This document shows positions 1 through 10,836 of a stretch of 64,000 bases of DNA, one piece after another. The notes beneath the pieces are model-generated. The model ran no database searches. It saw only the letters and a list, made by a program, of their open reading frames with translations, and was not told the DNA's origin. Made by a program: the position numbers and the translations under genes. Each line of letters opens with the position of its first letter. The stretch's first letter is position 1. This stretch comes from an uncultured Chloroflexia bacterium (GTDB taxonomy: Bacteria; Chloroflexota; Dehalococcoidia; DSTF01; JALHUB01). The stretch is from positions 128,001 to 192,000 of the forward strand of contig CAVSBT010000037.1 of NCBI GenBank assembly GCA_963726245.1, given 5' to 3'.

Positions 1-387
1 ATCGCCGATGAAGGCCACGGGCTGGAAGACCAGCTTAGCCCGCCCGTCGGCGACGTAATCTTTCTCGATACTGGGATCCATGGTCCGGGCGGCGCGGGCG
101 CAGTAGGGACACTGGAAGTCAGAGTACTCATTGATTGTGACGCGGGCGTTATCAGGGCCGAGGGTGCGGCCCTGGGCGGAGACCGTACGCTCCGGTATGG
201 TGACGTTGCCGTCCGACCCTCCACGGCCGTTGACGATGATCAACGCGACAACTGCGGCGACGGCGCCAATACCGACTACGGCCACAGGCGCCCAGACGCC
301 CATGCGCTGGAATACCGAGCGGCGAGGCCTTCGCGGTGGCTGTCGCTGAGGCTGCTTCTTCCGGCCCTTGCTACCTCTTCCTGCCAT
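1..387 (-). CDS. DsbA/thioredoxin-family disulfide oxidoreductase with N-terminal TM anchor (partial, runs off window start)
   Basis: Manual translation from ATG at 387: MAGRGSKGRKK...TM...GRTLGPDNARVTINEYSDFQCPYCARAA; EYSDFQCPYC is the typical DsbA/Thioredoxin_4 motif. Confidence 0.85.
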   Translation of the reverse strand, partial: MAGRGSKGRKKQPQRQPPRRPRRSVFQRMGVWAPVAVVGIGAVAAVVALIIVNGRGGSDGNVTIPERTVSAQGRTLGPDNARVTINEYSDFQCPYCARAARTMDPSIEKDYVADGRAKLVFQPVAFIGD

Positions 388-514
388 GTGGCCTTCCCCT
401 TGTAGTCTTCTACGCTCCCGAGGCGTACTTGGACCCGTGCTGGCGAACTCCTGTCCCCTCTTCTCCCGCGCCCATTATACAGGCAGCAACCTCGGACCCG
501 CGCGGCGGTCTCGC

Positions 515-1450
515 CTACGCGCGGGCAGGTGCCCCCTCAAGGAGGAAGTCTTCGATGAGACGCAGGGCAGCCTCGGGCTGCTCCTCCAGAAACAGGTGGC
601 CGCCCGCTACCAACTCGAGGCGCGAGCCCGCTATGAGCCGGTGCAGGCGTTCCCCCCGCGATGGCGGCAGCCAGTGGTCTTCCTCCCCCCAGACGATCAG
701 CGTCGGCTGGGTGATGTCGGCCGGACATAGGGGTGGGTCCCGGCGCCAGTGGGCCATGGTGTTGCCCAGAGCACGCAGGTAGCCGCGCATCCTCGCCGGG
801 CGCATGTACCCCTCTACCACGTCCTCGGTGCAGCGACTGGGATCAGAGTAGCCGCTCTTCAGCGACAGCTCCCGAAAGCGACGGTTATGGAAGGTGAAGG
901 GGGCTGCCAGCGGCAGCATCCGTCCGATAACGGCCGCGCCCCAGATGCGGCGTCCCAGCTCCAGGTCGCTGGCGCTGGAGGCCAGGATGAGACGCTCGAC
1001 CCGCTGGGGACAGGCCAGGGCCAGGCGCATGGCCACCGCTCCTCCCATCGAGTGGCCCAGCACCGAGGCCTTCTCGATGCCCAGCTCGTCCATGAGCTGG
1101 CGCACGAGCGCCGCCTGAGCGCTAAGCGTGTAGTCGCCTTCGGGGCGTTCGCTGAAGCCGAAGCCTTTCAAGTCGAGCGCCACCACGCGGAGATGGCGGG
1201 CCAGGTCGGGAAGGATGTGGCGAAAGGCAAAAGTAGACGAGCCGAGGCCATGGATCAGGAGTAGCGCCGGACCTTCGCCCGCCTCGACGTAGTGGATGCC
1301 GACACCGTCCACGGAGAGCGTACGGCCCGGCTTCTCGACCTCCGCGAGGTCCAGGCTCTCGTAGCGGCGGATCTCGCGACGCGAATAGGTCCAGAGCCCG
1401 CCGACCATGGCGCCCAGGATGGTCAGAGTGGCTACACGCCTCTTGCCCAC
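515..1450 (-). CDS. alpha/beta fold hydrolase
   Basis: LLIHGLG oxyanion motif, DLKGFGFS, GHSMGG nucleophile elbow, C-terminal GHLFLEEQP. Confidence 0.9.
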   Translation of the reverse strand: MGKRRVATLTILGAMVGGLWTYSRREIRRYESLDLAEVEKPGRTLSVDGVGIHYVEAGEGPALLLIHGLGSSTFAFRHILPDLARHLRVVALDLKGFGFSERPEGDYTLSAQAALVRQLMDELGIEKASVLGHSMGGAVAMRLALACPQRVERLILASSASDLELGRRIWGAAVIGRMLPLAAPFTFHNRRFRELSLKSGYSDPSRCTEDVVEGYMRPARMRGYLRALGNTMAHWRRDPPLCPADITQPTLIVWGEEDHWLPPSRGERLHRLIAGSRLELVAGGHLFLEEQPEAALRLIEDFLLEGAPARA

Positions 1451-1489
1451 CTCAGTCTGCTTCCGACAGCGTGGTTTCCATCAATCCGG

Positions 1490-2206
1490 CTAGCGCACCG
1501 TCTGGCCGGGCTTCATTTCGATGATGCGCAGGCCCGGGATATCGGCCGCCTCCTGACGCAGGGCCTGTGGCGTGCCCGTGAGGACGGGGAAGGTGGCGTA
1601 GTGCATCGGAATCACCATCTTCACTCCCAGCAGCCGGAGGGCATAGGCCGTCTCCCGCGGCGACATGGTGTAGAAATCGCCGATAGGCAGCATCGCCAGT
1701 TCAGGCTTGTACAGCTCGCCGATGATCTTCATGTCGCCGAAGACGCAGGTGTCACCGGCATCGTAGATCTTGAAGCCGTTCTCCAGCTCAATCACGAAGC
1801 CCACAGCCTCGCCGCCGTAGATGACCTTCCCGTCCTCCACGATGCCGCAGGAGTGACTGGCGCCCACCATCGTGACTTTGACGCCGTCCAGGGCTTCGGT
1901 CGTGCCGCCCTTGTTCATGCCGATGGTGTTCTGGACGCCCTTGCCCTCGAGGTAGGTGGCGAGCTCGAAGATGGCGAGGGTCTTGGCGCCCGTGCGCTTA
2001 GCGATGGGCACGGCGTCGGCCATGTGGTCGCCGTGGCCATGCGTGATGAGGATCAGGTCCAGGGAGTCGATCTTCTTCGCTTCTTCGGGGCAGGCCGGGT
2101 TGCTGTCGACCCACGGGTCGAGGAGCAAGTGCTTGCCCCCCGGCGTCGTGATCCGGAACGTCGCGTGCCCAAGCCAGGTGAAGGCGGTATCCTTCCCGAT
2201 ATCCAT
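1490..2206 (-). CDS. metal-dependent hydrolase, metallo-beta-lactamase fold (UPF0173-like)
   Basis: WLGHA, THGHGDH, AGDT, LPIGD.YTM and PMHYATFP motifs. Confidence 0.9.
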   Translation of the reverse strand: MDIGKDTAFTWLGHATFRITTPGGKHLLLDPWVDSNPACPEEAKKIDSLDLILITHGHGDHMADAVPIAKRTGAKTLAIFELATYLEGKGVQNTIGMNKGGTTEALDGVKVTMVGASHSCGIVEDGKVIYGGEAVGFVIELENGFKIYDAGDTCVFGDMKIIGELYKPELAMLPIGDFYTMSPRETAYALRLLGVKMVIPMHYATFPVLTGTPQALRQEAADIPGLRIIEMKPGQTVR

Positions 2207-2238
2207 GCCAGACCTCCTGTTCCGCCGGACAGCCGCCG

Positions 2239-3420
<1,182 letters not shown>

Positions 3421-3605
3421 ATCACCACAAGTCTATATGATAAGCTCTGCCGGACCCAAAGGCCAGGTATGACCTGTACGGGCGAAGGAACGCGCTGGTA
3501 CAATAAGCTTGCCGGAGGGCTATTCCGGCGAATCTGAATAGGGCGGGCCATCGTACTTGTTAATAGGACGGATGCTTTTGGGCACCGATCCGGGGCGGGA
3601 CGGCG

Positions 3606-4232
3606 GTGAACTACACGGACTGTCCTGACGAAGAGCTCGTTGAGCAGCTCTGTCGTCAAGACATGGAGGCCTTCGAGGCCCTTTACGATCGGTACGGGAA
3701 CCTCGTCTATTCCGTATCGTTGAGGATTTTGGGAGACGTGCACGCGGCCGAAGATGTGGTTCAAGACGTTTTCCTGCGGGTGTGGCGCAAGCCGGACCAC
3801 TACGACGCCGCGCGCGGCCGTTTCATGACCTGGCTAATGAGTGTGACCCGTAATCGCGCCATCGACGAGCGACGCAGCCGCGGCCGCCGCCTGCGCTTCG
3901 AGGTCGGGTCCGCGCCTCTGGACGGCGAAGGGCCCCAGTCTGACGATGCGGATGATCCCGCCCTGGCCACCCTCCAGGCCGACGAGCGCTCGGCGATACG
4001 TCGCGCCCTGGTCGGCCTGCCTGCGGAGCAGCGCTCCGCCATCGAGCTGGCCTATTACAAAGGACTCACGCAGCAGGAGATCGCGCGGGCCTTGGGTGAG
4101 CCGCTGGGTACGGTGAAGACTCGTATCCGGCTGGGCATGCGGAAGATGCGAGCGGCTCTGACTGAGATGCGCTCCGGACAAGAAGGTCAAGATGAACTGC
4201 GAGGAAGCCCGGGAACTGCTGGACGCCCATAG
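3606..4232 (+). CDS. ECF sigma-70 factor (SigK-like)
   Basis: AEDVVQDVFLRVW region 2; LAYYKGLTQQEIA...PLGTVKTRIRLG region 4. Confidence 0.92.
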   Translation: MNYTDCPDEELVEQLCRQDMEAFEALYDRYGNLVYSVSLRILGDVHAAEDVVQDVFLRVWRKPDHYDAARGRFMTWLMSVTRNRAIDERRSRGRRLRFEVGSAPLDGEGPQSDDADDPALATLQADERSAIRRALVGLPAEQRSAIELAYYKGLTQQEIARALGEPLGTVKTRIRLGMRKMRAALTEMRSGQEGQDELRGSPGTAGRP

Positions 4233-5028
4233 CCTGGGCGCCCTCGAGAAGTCTGAAAGCCGGAGGGTGCAGAAGCACCTGGCCCGCTGCGCCGGCTGTC
4301 GACTCCTGCACGATGAGGCTGTAGAGACAACCGCTCTCCTGGCTCTGGCCGCGCCGTTGCGCCGCGCCAGCCCGGCCCTCCGTCTGCGGCTGCGACGGGT
4401 GATGGTGCCGCGGCCGAGACTAGGCTGGTTCCCGACGCCGCGCCTGAGCTGGGCCACTGCGGCCGCTGCGCTTGCCATCGTCTCGCTGGGCGGGATTAGT
4501 TGGGGAGGCTTCCTCCAGACCCAGGTGAACGGCCTGAAGACAGACAACAACCGCTTCGATGTCCTCTACAGCGAGCTCGGGCGGCGAGATGAGACCGTGA
4601 ATGTCCTCCAGAAGGCGCTAACTGACGCTGCCTTCAAACAGCAGAGCCTCCAGGATCTACTGCAGCAGCAGGACCAGGCCATGAGGGTGGTGGCCCTGGA
4701 CAGCCAGGGCCGCGAGGACCTGTCAGCTCGGTGCCGGCCAGCCCGGTCAGAGGTACCTACCTCTGGAGCAATGAGGAGAACATGGGCGTTCTCTTCCTGG
4801 TTAACCTGCCGCAGACTCTCCGGCGGATCGCACCTACCAGCTCTGGGTGCTGAACCAGGACGGCACGCCGGTAAGCGGCGGCATATTCGCCCTCAGTCCG
4901 ATGGCTCGGCGCGGCTGCTCGTGCAAGGGGAGCTGGGCGGCACGCTCACGGGGATGGCCATCACCGTCGAGCCTGCCGGCGGCAGCCAGACGCCCACCGG
5001 GGAGATCATCCTCCAGGGCCGCCGCTAA
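4192..5028 (+). CDS. anti-sigma factor, zf-HC2 + TM + RskA-like C-terminal domain (frameshifts ~4730-4900)
   Basis: C-x-H-x3-C-x2-C (HLARCAGC), TM helix, C-terminal AITVEPAGGSQTPTGEII typical of RskA; YQLWVL present in an alternate frame. Confidence 0.85.
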   Translation: MNCEEARELLDAHSLGALEKSESRRVQKHLARCAGCRLLHDEAVETTALLALAAPLRRASPALRLRLRRVMVPRPRLGWFPTPRLSWATAAAALAIVSLGGISWGGFLQTQVNGLKTDNNRFDVLYSELGRRDETVNVLQKALTDAAFKQQSLQDLLQQQDQAMRVVALDSQGREDLSARCRPARSEVPTSGAMRRTWAFSSWLTCRRLSGGSHLPALGAEPGRHAGKRRHIRPQSDGSARLLVQGELGGTLTGMAITVEPAGGSQTPTGEIILQGRR

Positions 5029-5089
5029 CAACTCCTTCCCCACCTCCTGCGACCCATTGACCACGAGACCCATGTCGCGTTATCGTAAC

Positions 5090-5104
5090 TGATACCAGGT
5101 ATCA
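5090..5104. promoter_or_regulatory. Fur/Zur-type operator (perfect 7-1-7 inverted repeat TGATACC-A-GGTATCA)
   Basis: Lies between a putative promoter (TTGACC 5057-5062 / TATCGT 5081-5086) and the Fur-family ATG at 5108. Confidence 0.7.
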
Positions 5105-5107
5105 TCT

Positions 5108-5611
5108 ATGACAGAGCTGGACCTTGCCGCTCAGCGGCTAGAGATGCGCGGACTGCGCGTGACCCCGGCCCGGAGAGCTGTCCTGGCGGCGGTGCTGGCG
5201 GCCGGCCCCCACTTCACCGTGGACGACGTTTGTCAGCGGACGCGCGGGGTGGGACGGGCCACCGTCTTCCGCACCATGCGCCTCCTGCAGGGCCTGGACA
5301 TGGTCTGCCGGGTGCTGCTGGACGACGGCAGCCTCCACTATCGCCTTAGCAGGACCAGGGGCCATCACCACCACCTGGTGTGCACGGGCTGCGGCCGCGT
5401 TGAAGCCTTCACCAATTGCGGCGTTCCCGCCCTGGCCAGCGAGGTGGCGAAGCAGACTGATTACGAGATCGAGGGGCACTGGCTCGAGGTGTATGGACGC
5501 TGCCGCGCCTGCCGTTCGCGCCCGGTGGCCAGGCGGGCGGGTTCGGCAACGGGCAGGACCGGCCTGGCGGCAGGCCGGAGGCGGAACGCAAGGAAGCGGA
5601 GGGTGGTCTGA
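5108..5611 (+). CDS. Fur-family transcriptional regulator (probably Zur)
   Basis: GLRVTPARRAV, ATVFRTM, HHHHLVCTGCG, VYGRCRAC; upstream of a metal ABC transporter. Confidence 0.9.
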   Translation: MTELDLAAQRLEMRGLRVTPARRAVLAAVLAAGPHFTVDDVCQRTRGVGRATVFRTMRLLQGLDMVCRVLLDDGSLHYRLSRTRGHHHHLVCTGCGRVEAFTNCGVPALASEVAKQTDYEIEGHWLEVYGRCRACRSRPVARRAGSATGRTGLAAGRRRNARKRRVV

Positions 5612-6426
5612 TGAACCTTGCCCTTCGGGTGGAAGCGGAAGAGGCGCCGGTCACGGTCCGGGGGCTCTGGGCGGGTTACGAGGGCCACGTCGCCCTGGAG
5701 GACGTGAGCTTCAGCCTGGAGAAGGGGAGCCTGGTGGGGCTGGTGGGTCCCAACGGCTCGGGCAAGTCTACCCTTCTCAAAGTCTTGCTCGGCCTCCACC
5801 GACCGTGGCGTGGCTCCATCCGGGTCGGCGGCCTGTCGCCGGCGGCGGGCCGGCGATTCGTCGGCTACGCGCCGCAGTCGGAGCTGGTCGACTGGAACTT
5901 CCCCGTAACCGTCGAGGACGTGGTGGCCATGGGACGCATCGGGCGCCTGCCTGGGCGCGCAGACCTCCGGGCAAGCCTCTGGCCCCGGCCGGATCCGGAG
6001 GAGCGCCGCATCGTGGCGCGGTGCCTGGAGCGCGCGCGTCTGGACTCCCTGGCGAAGCGGCCTATCGGCGAGCTCTCTGGGGGCGAACAGCGGCGCATGC
6101 TCATCGCCCGCGCCCTGGCCCGCGAGCCGGAGGTCCTGCTCCTGGACGAGCCGATGGCCGGCCTGGACGCCACCTCCCAGCACGACGTCCTCGGCCTCTT
6201 CGAGGGGCTGCGCGACGAGGGCAAGACCCTCCTCGTCGCCACCCACGACCTCTCCTGCGTGGCCGGCTGCTTCAACCTGGCCCTCCTTCTCCAGCGACGG
6301 CTGATCGCCTTCGGGCCGCCCTCCGAGGTGTTCACGCACGAAAACCTTAACGCCACCTACGCGGCCCACCTGATCTTTCTGCCCTTCGAGGGCGCGATAT
6401 ACGCCCGCCACCACGGCCATGAATGA
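5611..6426 (+). CDS. Zn/Mn ABC transporter ATP-binding protein (ZnuC-like)
   Basis: GPNGSGKST, DWNFPVTVEDVVAMG, LSGGEQRR, LLLDEP, THD. Confidence 0.92.
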   Translation: MNLALRVEAEEAPVTVRGLWAGYEGHVALEDVSFSLEKGSLVGLVGPNGSGKSTLLKVLLGLHRPWRGSIRVGGLSPAAGRRFVGYAPQSELVDWNFPVTVEDVVAMGRIGRLPGRADLRASLWPRPDPEERRIVARCLERARLDSLAKRPIGELSGGEQRRMLIARALAREPEVLLLDEPMAGLDATSQHDVLGLFEGLRDEGKTLLVATHDLSCVAGCFNLALLLQRRLIAFGPPSEVFTHENLNATYAAHLIFLPFEGAIYARHHGHE

Positions 6427-7279
6427 CATCTGGCAGTACCTGCGAGAGCCCTTTCAGTTCGCCTTCATGCAGCGCGCCCTGATGGCCACTCTGATGGTGA
6501 GCGTCGTCAGCGCCTGCATCGGCACCTTCGTGGTCCTCAAGGGCCTCGCCTTCATCGGCGACGCGCTGGCTCACGCCTCCTTCGCGGGGGTGGCCACGGC
6601 CTTTGTGCTGGGGGCCAACATCTACGTGGGCGCGGTGATAGCGGTCCTCGTCACGGCGCTCGCCATCGCCCTCGTCGGGGGCCGGGCCCGCGTCAGCTTC
6701 GACACCGCCATCGGCATCCTCTTCGTCGGCGCCTTCGCCCTGGGCATCCTCATCATCAGCCGCCAGACCAACTACACCGTGGACCTGTTTTCTTTCGTAT
6801 TCGGCAACGTCCTGGGCGTAGGCCGCGACGACCTGCTCCTCATCGCCGTCATGGGGCTGGTCGTCCTGACGTTGGTGACTCTGTTCTACCGGCAGCTCCT
6901 CTTCACAGCCTACGACCCCACGATGGCCGCCGCCTCAGGGGTGCCGGTGGGTTTCGTCCAGTACATGCTGCTGGCGATGCTTGGGGTTTCGACCGTGGTG
7001 GCTTTGAAGGCCGTGGGCATCGTCCTCGTCGTGGCCATGCTGGTGACACCGGCGGCGACCGCCAGCCTGCTGGTGCGAAGGGTGCACCACATCATGGCGT
7101 TGGGCGCCGTGGTCGGGGCCATCTCCTCGGTGGTGGGTCTGTACGTTTCCTACTACGCCGAGGTGGCGTCGGGGGCGGCGATCGTCCTGACGGCCACCGT
7201 TCTCTTTCTGCTGGCCTTCCTCTTTTCGCCGCGTCGAGGCCTTCTCGCCGCCGTGCGGACGCCGGTGCCCGGCGGCTAA
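6419..7279 (+). CDS. Zn/Mn ABC transporter permease (ZnuB/ABC-3 family)
   Basis: FMQRAL, GDALAHASFAG, VGIVLVVAMLVTPAATA; multiple TM helices. Confidence 0.92.
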   Translation: MNDIWQYLREPFQFAFMQRALMATLMVSVVSACIGTFVVLKGLAFIGDALAHASFAGVATAFVLGANIYVGAVIAVLVTALAIALVGGRARVSFDTAIGILFVGAFALGILIISRQTNYTVDLFSFVFGNVLGVGRDDLLLIAVMGLVVLTLVTLFYRQLLFTAYDPTMAAASGVPVGFVQYMLLAMLGVSTVVALKAVGIVLVVAMLVTPAATASLLVRRVHHIMALGAVVGAISSVVGLYVSYYAEVASGAAIVLTATVLFLLAFLFSPRRGLLAAVRTPVPGG

Positions 7280-7357
7280 GGGTCGGCTTGCCGCCTCTAG
7301 CGCCGTAAGCTAAGCTGGTATTGGAACCTTACGCCCGTTTGTACTGGAGAGATTCCT

Positions 7358-8808
7358 GTGTCCGAAGTCAAACCCGCCGTAGACCGCAAGGCGCGCCTGA
7401 AAATCCCGGCCCAGCCGATGCCCGAGCAGGACCCGGCCATTCGCGTCCACAACTGGGATGAGGCCTATCTGCCGATCGACCTGAAAACAGCAAAGATCGA
7501 GGCCGAGCGCTGCATCCAGTGTCCCGCGGCGCCCTGCACCAAGGCCTGCCCCGTCGAAAACGACATTCCCGGTGCCTTCTGGCTCCTAGAGCACGGCGAT
7601 ATCGCCGGCGCCGCAGACAAGTTCCGCGAGACCAGCAGCCTGCCCGAGATGTGCGGCCGTCTCTGCCCCCAGGAGCGCCTCTGCGAAGGCCACTGCGTGG
7701 TGGGCAAGAACGCCAAGCCCGTCGCCATCGGGCGCCTGGAGGTCTTCGTCACCGACTACCAGCGTGAGAATCTCGGCTTCCCCATGCCGGAGCTGGCGCC
7801 GCCCAGCGGCCGGAGGGTGGCGATCGTGGGCGCGGGTCCCGCCGGCCTGACAGTGGCCGAAGAAATGGCGGTTCGTGGCCACGGCGCTACCATTTTCGAC
7901 GCCTGGCCGGAGCCGGGGGGCATCCTCCTGTACGGCATCCCCAACTTCAAGATGGCGAAGCGCATCCTTGATGAGAAGGTCGACTTCCTGAAGAAGCTCG
8001 GCGTCCGCTTCCTGATGGACACCCACATCGGGGCGGAGGTCACGCTGGAGGACCTCTTCGCCGAGGGCTATGACGCCGTCTTCCTCGGTCACGGCGCCAG
8101 CGTCGGCAACCTGCTCGGCATCGAGAACGACGACCTGGAAGCGGCGTCTACATGGCGACCGACTTCTTGGTGCGGGGCAACCTGAGGCCGGAGCAACTGC
8201 CCGAGGGCCAGCGAGAGCCGGTGCGCGTCGGCAAGCGGGCGCTGGTGATCGGCGGCGGCGACACCGCGATGGACTGTGTGCGCACCGCTGTCCGACTGGG
8301 CGCCGAGGAGGTGCGTTGCGTGTACCGCCGCACAGAGGCGGAGATGCCCGGTCGCATCGACGAGCGCGTCCACGCCCGCGAGGAGGGCGTCATCACAGAC
8401 TTTCTGGTCGCCCCCGTCCGCTTCCTCGGCGACGAGCAGGGACGCGTGAAGGCCGTGGAGTTCCGGCGCATGGAGCTCGGCGAGCCGGACGAGAGCGGCC
8501 GCCGGCGGCCGGTGCCCATCGAGGGCTCCGAGTTCGTCGTCGAGGCTGATACCGTCGTCCTGGCCCTGGGCTACAGCGTCGACCGCATCTTCAGCGATAC
8601 CGTGTCCGGCCTGGAGGCGGACCGCCAGGGTCGCATCGCCGTCGATCCGCAGACGGGTCGAACCAGCGTGCCGGGCGTCTTCGCCGGCGGCGACAACGTC
8701 AACGGCGCCGACCTGGTGGTGACGGCCATAAGAGACGCCCGCCGCGCCGCCAGCGGCATCAACGAGTACCTGCGGTCGCTGGCGCCCCAGCGGGTGGCGG
8801 CCAAGTAG
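7358..8808 (+). CDS. NAD(P)-dependent oxidoreductase, GltD/NfnB/SudA-like (frameshift ~8140)
   Basis: RCIQC...CTKACP, GRLCPQERLCEGHC, GAGPAG, YGIPNFK; downstream frame GGGDTAMDC, YRRT, VFAGGD..GADLVVTA. Confidence 0.88.
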
Positions 8809-8841
8809 GACAGCAGCATCCACAGGAGGGAGACGTGGATC

Positions 8842-9288
8842 ATGGCAGCCATTGAAGTAGGCAAGGAAGCACCCGACTTTACCCTGCGCGACGAGAACCG
8901 CGAGCCTGTGCACTTGAAGGACCTGCGAGGCAGCCCCGTGGTCCTGGTGTTTTACGTCGGCGATTTCGCGCCCGTGTGTACCAACGAGATGTGCGGCTAT
9001 CGCGATGACTACTCTCACTTTCAGGCCAAGGGCGCGCGCGTCTTCGGCATCAGCCGGGACGGCGTCTGGGCCCACAAGGCCTTCAAGGAGAGCCTGGGGC
9101 TCACGTACAGCCTTCTCTCCGACCCCAAGGGAGAGGCGGCCCGCCTGTACGACACCTGGAACGAGAACCTGGCCCTGTCGGAGCGACTCACAGTGGTCGT
9201 GGACAAGGATGGGATCATCCGTTACGTGACCCGCAGCGAGATCCTCAAGCCCAGGGATCACCGGGAGGCTCTGGCGGCCCTGGGCTAG
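8842..9288 (+). CDS. peroxiredoxin (AhpE/BCP-like redoxin)
   Basis: APDFTL, VLVFY..DFAPVCTNEMC, LLSDP, VVDKDGIIRY. Confidence 0.85.
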   Translation: MAAIEVGKEAPDFTLRDENREPVHLKDLRGSPVVLVFYVGDFAPVCTNEMCGYRDDYSHFQAKGARVFGISRDGVWAHKAFKESLGLTYSLLSDPKGEAARLYDTWNENLALSERLTVVVDKDGIIRYVTRSEILKPRDHREALAALG

Positions 9289-9427
9289 GGCGAAACCAAA
9301 TGGGCTCTGCGGCACTGAGACCTCCGCAGCTTCCCGAGAAGCTGAGGTGTTTGCAACCCTGCCACCGGAGATGCACCCGAGTGGCCGATGACCATCATCC
9401 CGCATCATTCAACCAGGGGACTCTTGC

Positions 9428-9868
9428 TTGACGCCGGCCGACCTGCCTAACGTCACCGACCTGCCGCGCGGCCACGAGCTGCCGACGGCCCACTTCCGGC
9501 TGGACGCCGGTGACGTCCACCGCTACCTGGAGGCCGTCGAGGACCGCTCCAACGCCTACGGGCAGGGGCCCGAAGGCGGTCCGGCCTGGGTGCCGCCTCT
9601 GGCCGTGGCCACAATGGCCCTGCGCGCTATCCTGGAGCAGGTGAAGCTGCCGGCGGGCGCCGTCCACACCGGCCAGGAGGTCGAGTTCCAGCGCGCCGTC
9701 CCGGTTGGCGCGTCTCTGCGCTCGCAGGCACGGGTGGCGCAGCGCTCCGAGATGCGGGGCGTAGTCGTCTCCGTCGTCGAGTTCGACGTGGCGGAGGATG
9801 GGGCGGCCGCCCCCGCCGTGGTCGGGCGAGCCACCTTGATGGCGCCGCTTGGGGAGTCGGCATCGTGA
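9428..9868 (+). CDS. MaoC-family dehydratase, N-terminal-type hotdog subunit
   Basis: YLEAVED, VPPLA, GAVHTGQEVEF; overlaps the next MaoC gene. Confidence 0.7.
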   Translation: MTPADLPNVTDLPRGHELPTAHFRLDAGDVHRYLEAVEDRSNAYGQGPEGGPAWVPPLAVATMALRAILEQVKLPAGAVHTGQEVEFQRAVPVGASLRSQARVAQRSEMRGVVVSVVEFDVAEDGAAAPAVVGRATLMAPLGESAS

Positions 9869-10266
9869 GCGCCGAAGACATCCCCCAGGTGCCGCCGCTG
9901 TCGCGAATGGTCACCCAGGAGGGAATCCGGCGCTACGCCGCGGCCTCCGGCGACCACAACCCGCTCCACGTCGACGAGGAGTATGCGCGCACGACGCCAT
10001 TCGGCGGCACGATCGCCCACGGCATGCTGGTGCTGGCCTATCTCTCGGAGATGATGGCTGCGGCCTTCGGCAACGACTGGCTGGCCGGCGGGCGCCTGAA
10101 GGTGCGCTTTCGGGGTCCCGCCCGCCCCGGCGACACGCTCACCGCCCACGCCGAGCCGCGCCGCGCCCGTGATGGTGTTTTCGAGTACGGCGTCGAGTGC
10201 AGCAACCAGAGGGGCGAGACCCTGGTCTCCGGCACGGCCGAGGTAGCCATGGGACGGTTCCAGTGA
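9865..10266 (+). CDS. MaoC-family (R)-specific enoyl-CoA hydratase
   Basis: YAAASGDHNPLHVDEEYA...TIAHGML hydratase-2 motif. Confidence 0.9.
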   Translation: MSAEDIPQVPPLSRMVTQEGIRRYAAASGDHNPLHVDEEYARTTPFGGTIAHGMLVLAYLSEMMAAAFGNDWLAGGRLKVRFRGPARPGDTLTAHAEPRRARDGVFEYGVECSNQRGETLVSGTAEVAMGRFQ

Positions 10267-10742
10267 AGGCTATGGAGGAGGAAGAGCGGCTCCGCATCGC
10301 CCGCGGATGCTTCGGATGCGGCGATTTGAACGCCAGGGGCCTCAAGCTGGCCTTCCGGCTGGAGGACGGCGCCGCCGTCGCGGAGCTCGACCCCGACCCG
10401 CACTACCAGGGCTTTCCCGGCCACATGCACGGCGGTCTGGTGGCAACCATGCTCGACGAAGCCATGGGCTGGGCCGCCTACCTCGAGGGCGTCTGGGCCA
10501 TGACCGCGCGCATGCACGTGCGATTCCGCCGGTCGGTACCCCTGGGCCGGCGCCTGCAGGTTCGCGGCTACATCACAAACAAGCGCCATCGCCTGATTCA
10601 AGCGCGTGCAGAGCTGCGTGACGAGGACGGCGCTCTGCTGGCCGAGGGCGAGGGCGCCTTCCTCCGCGTCACCCCAGAAGAGGGCCGCAAGTTCGAAGAG
10701 ATCTTCCGCGCCCGTGCCGGCACCCCCGGCTCGCCCGTCTGA
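10263..10742 (+). CDS. PaaI-family thioesterase
   Basis: CFGCG..N..GL, QGFPGHMHGGLVATMLDEAMG. Confidence 0.88.
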   Translation: MKAMEEEERLRIARGCFGCGDLNARGLKLAFRLEDGAAVAELDPDPHYQGFPGHMHGGLVATMLDEAMGWAAYLEGVWAMTARMHVRFRRSVPLGRRLQVRGYITNKRHRLIQARAELRDEDGALLAEGEGAFLRVTPEEGRKFEEIFRARAGTPGSPV

Positions 10743-10836
10743 GGGCTCTCCGGCTGGCCTCCTCGTAGGCACCAGGGCTATCATGGAAGGGAGGCCGCCC
10801 GCGAACCCACGGCGGGGCCTCTGAGTAAGACGACCA

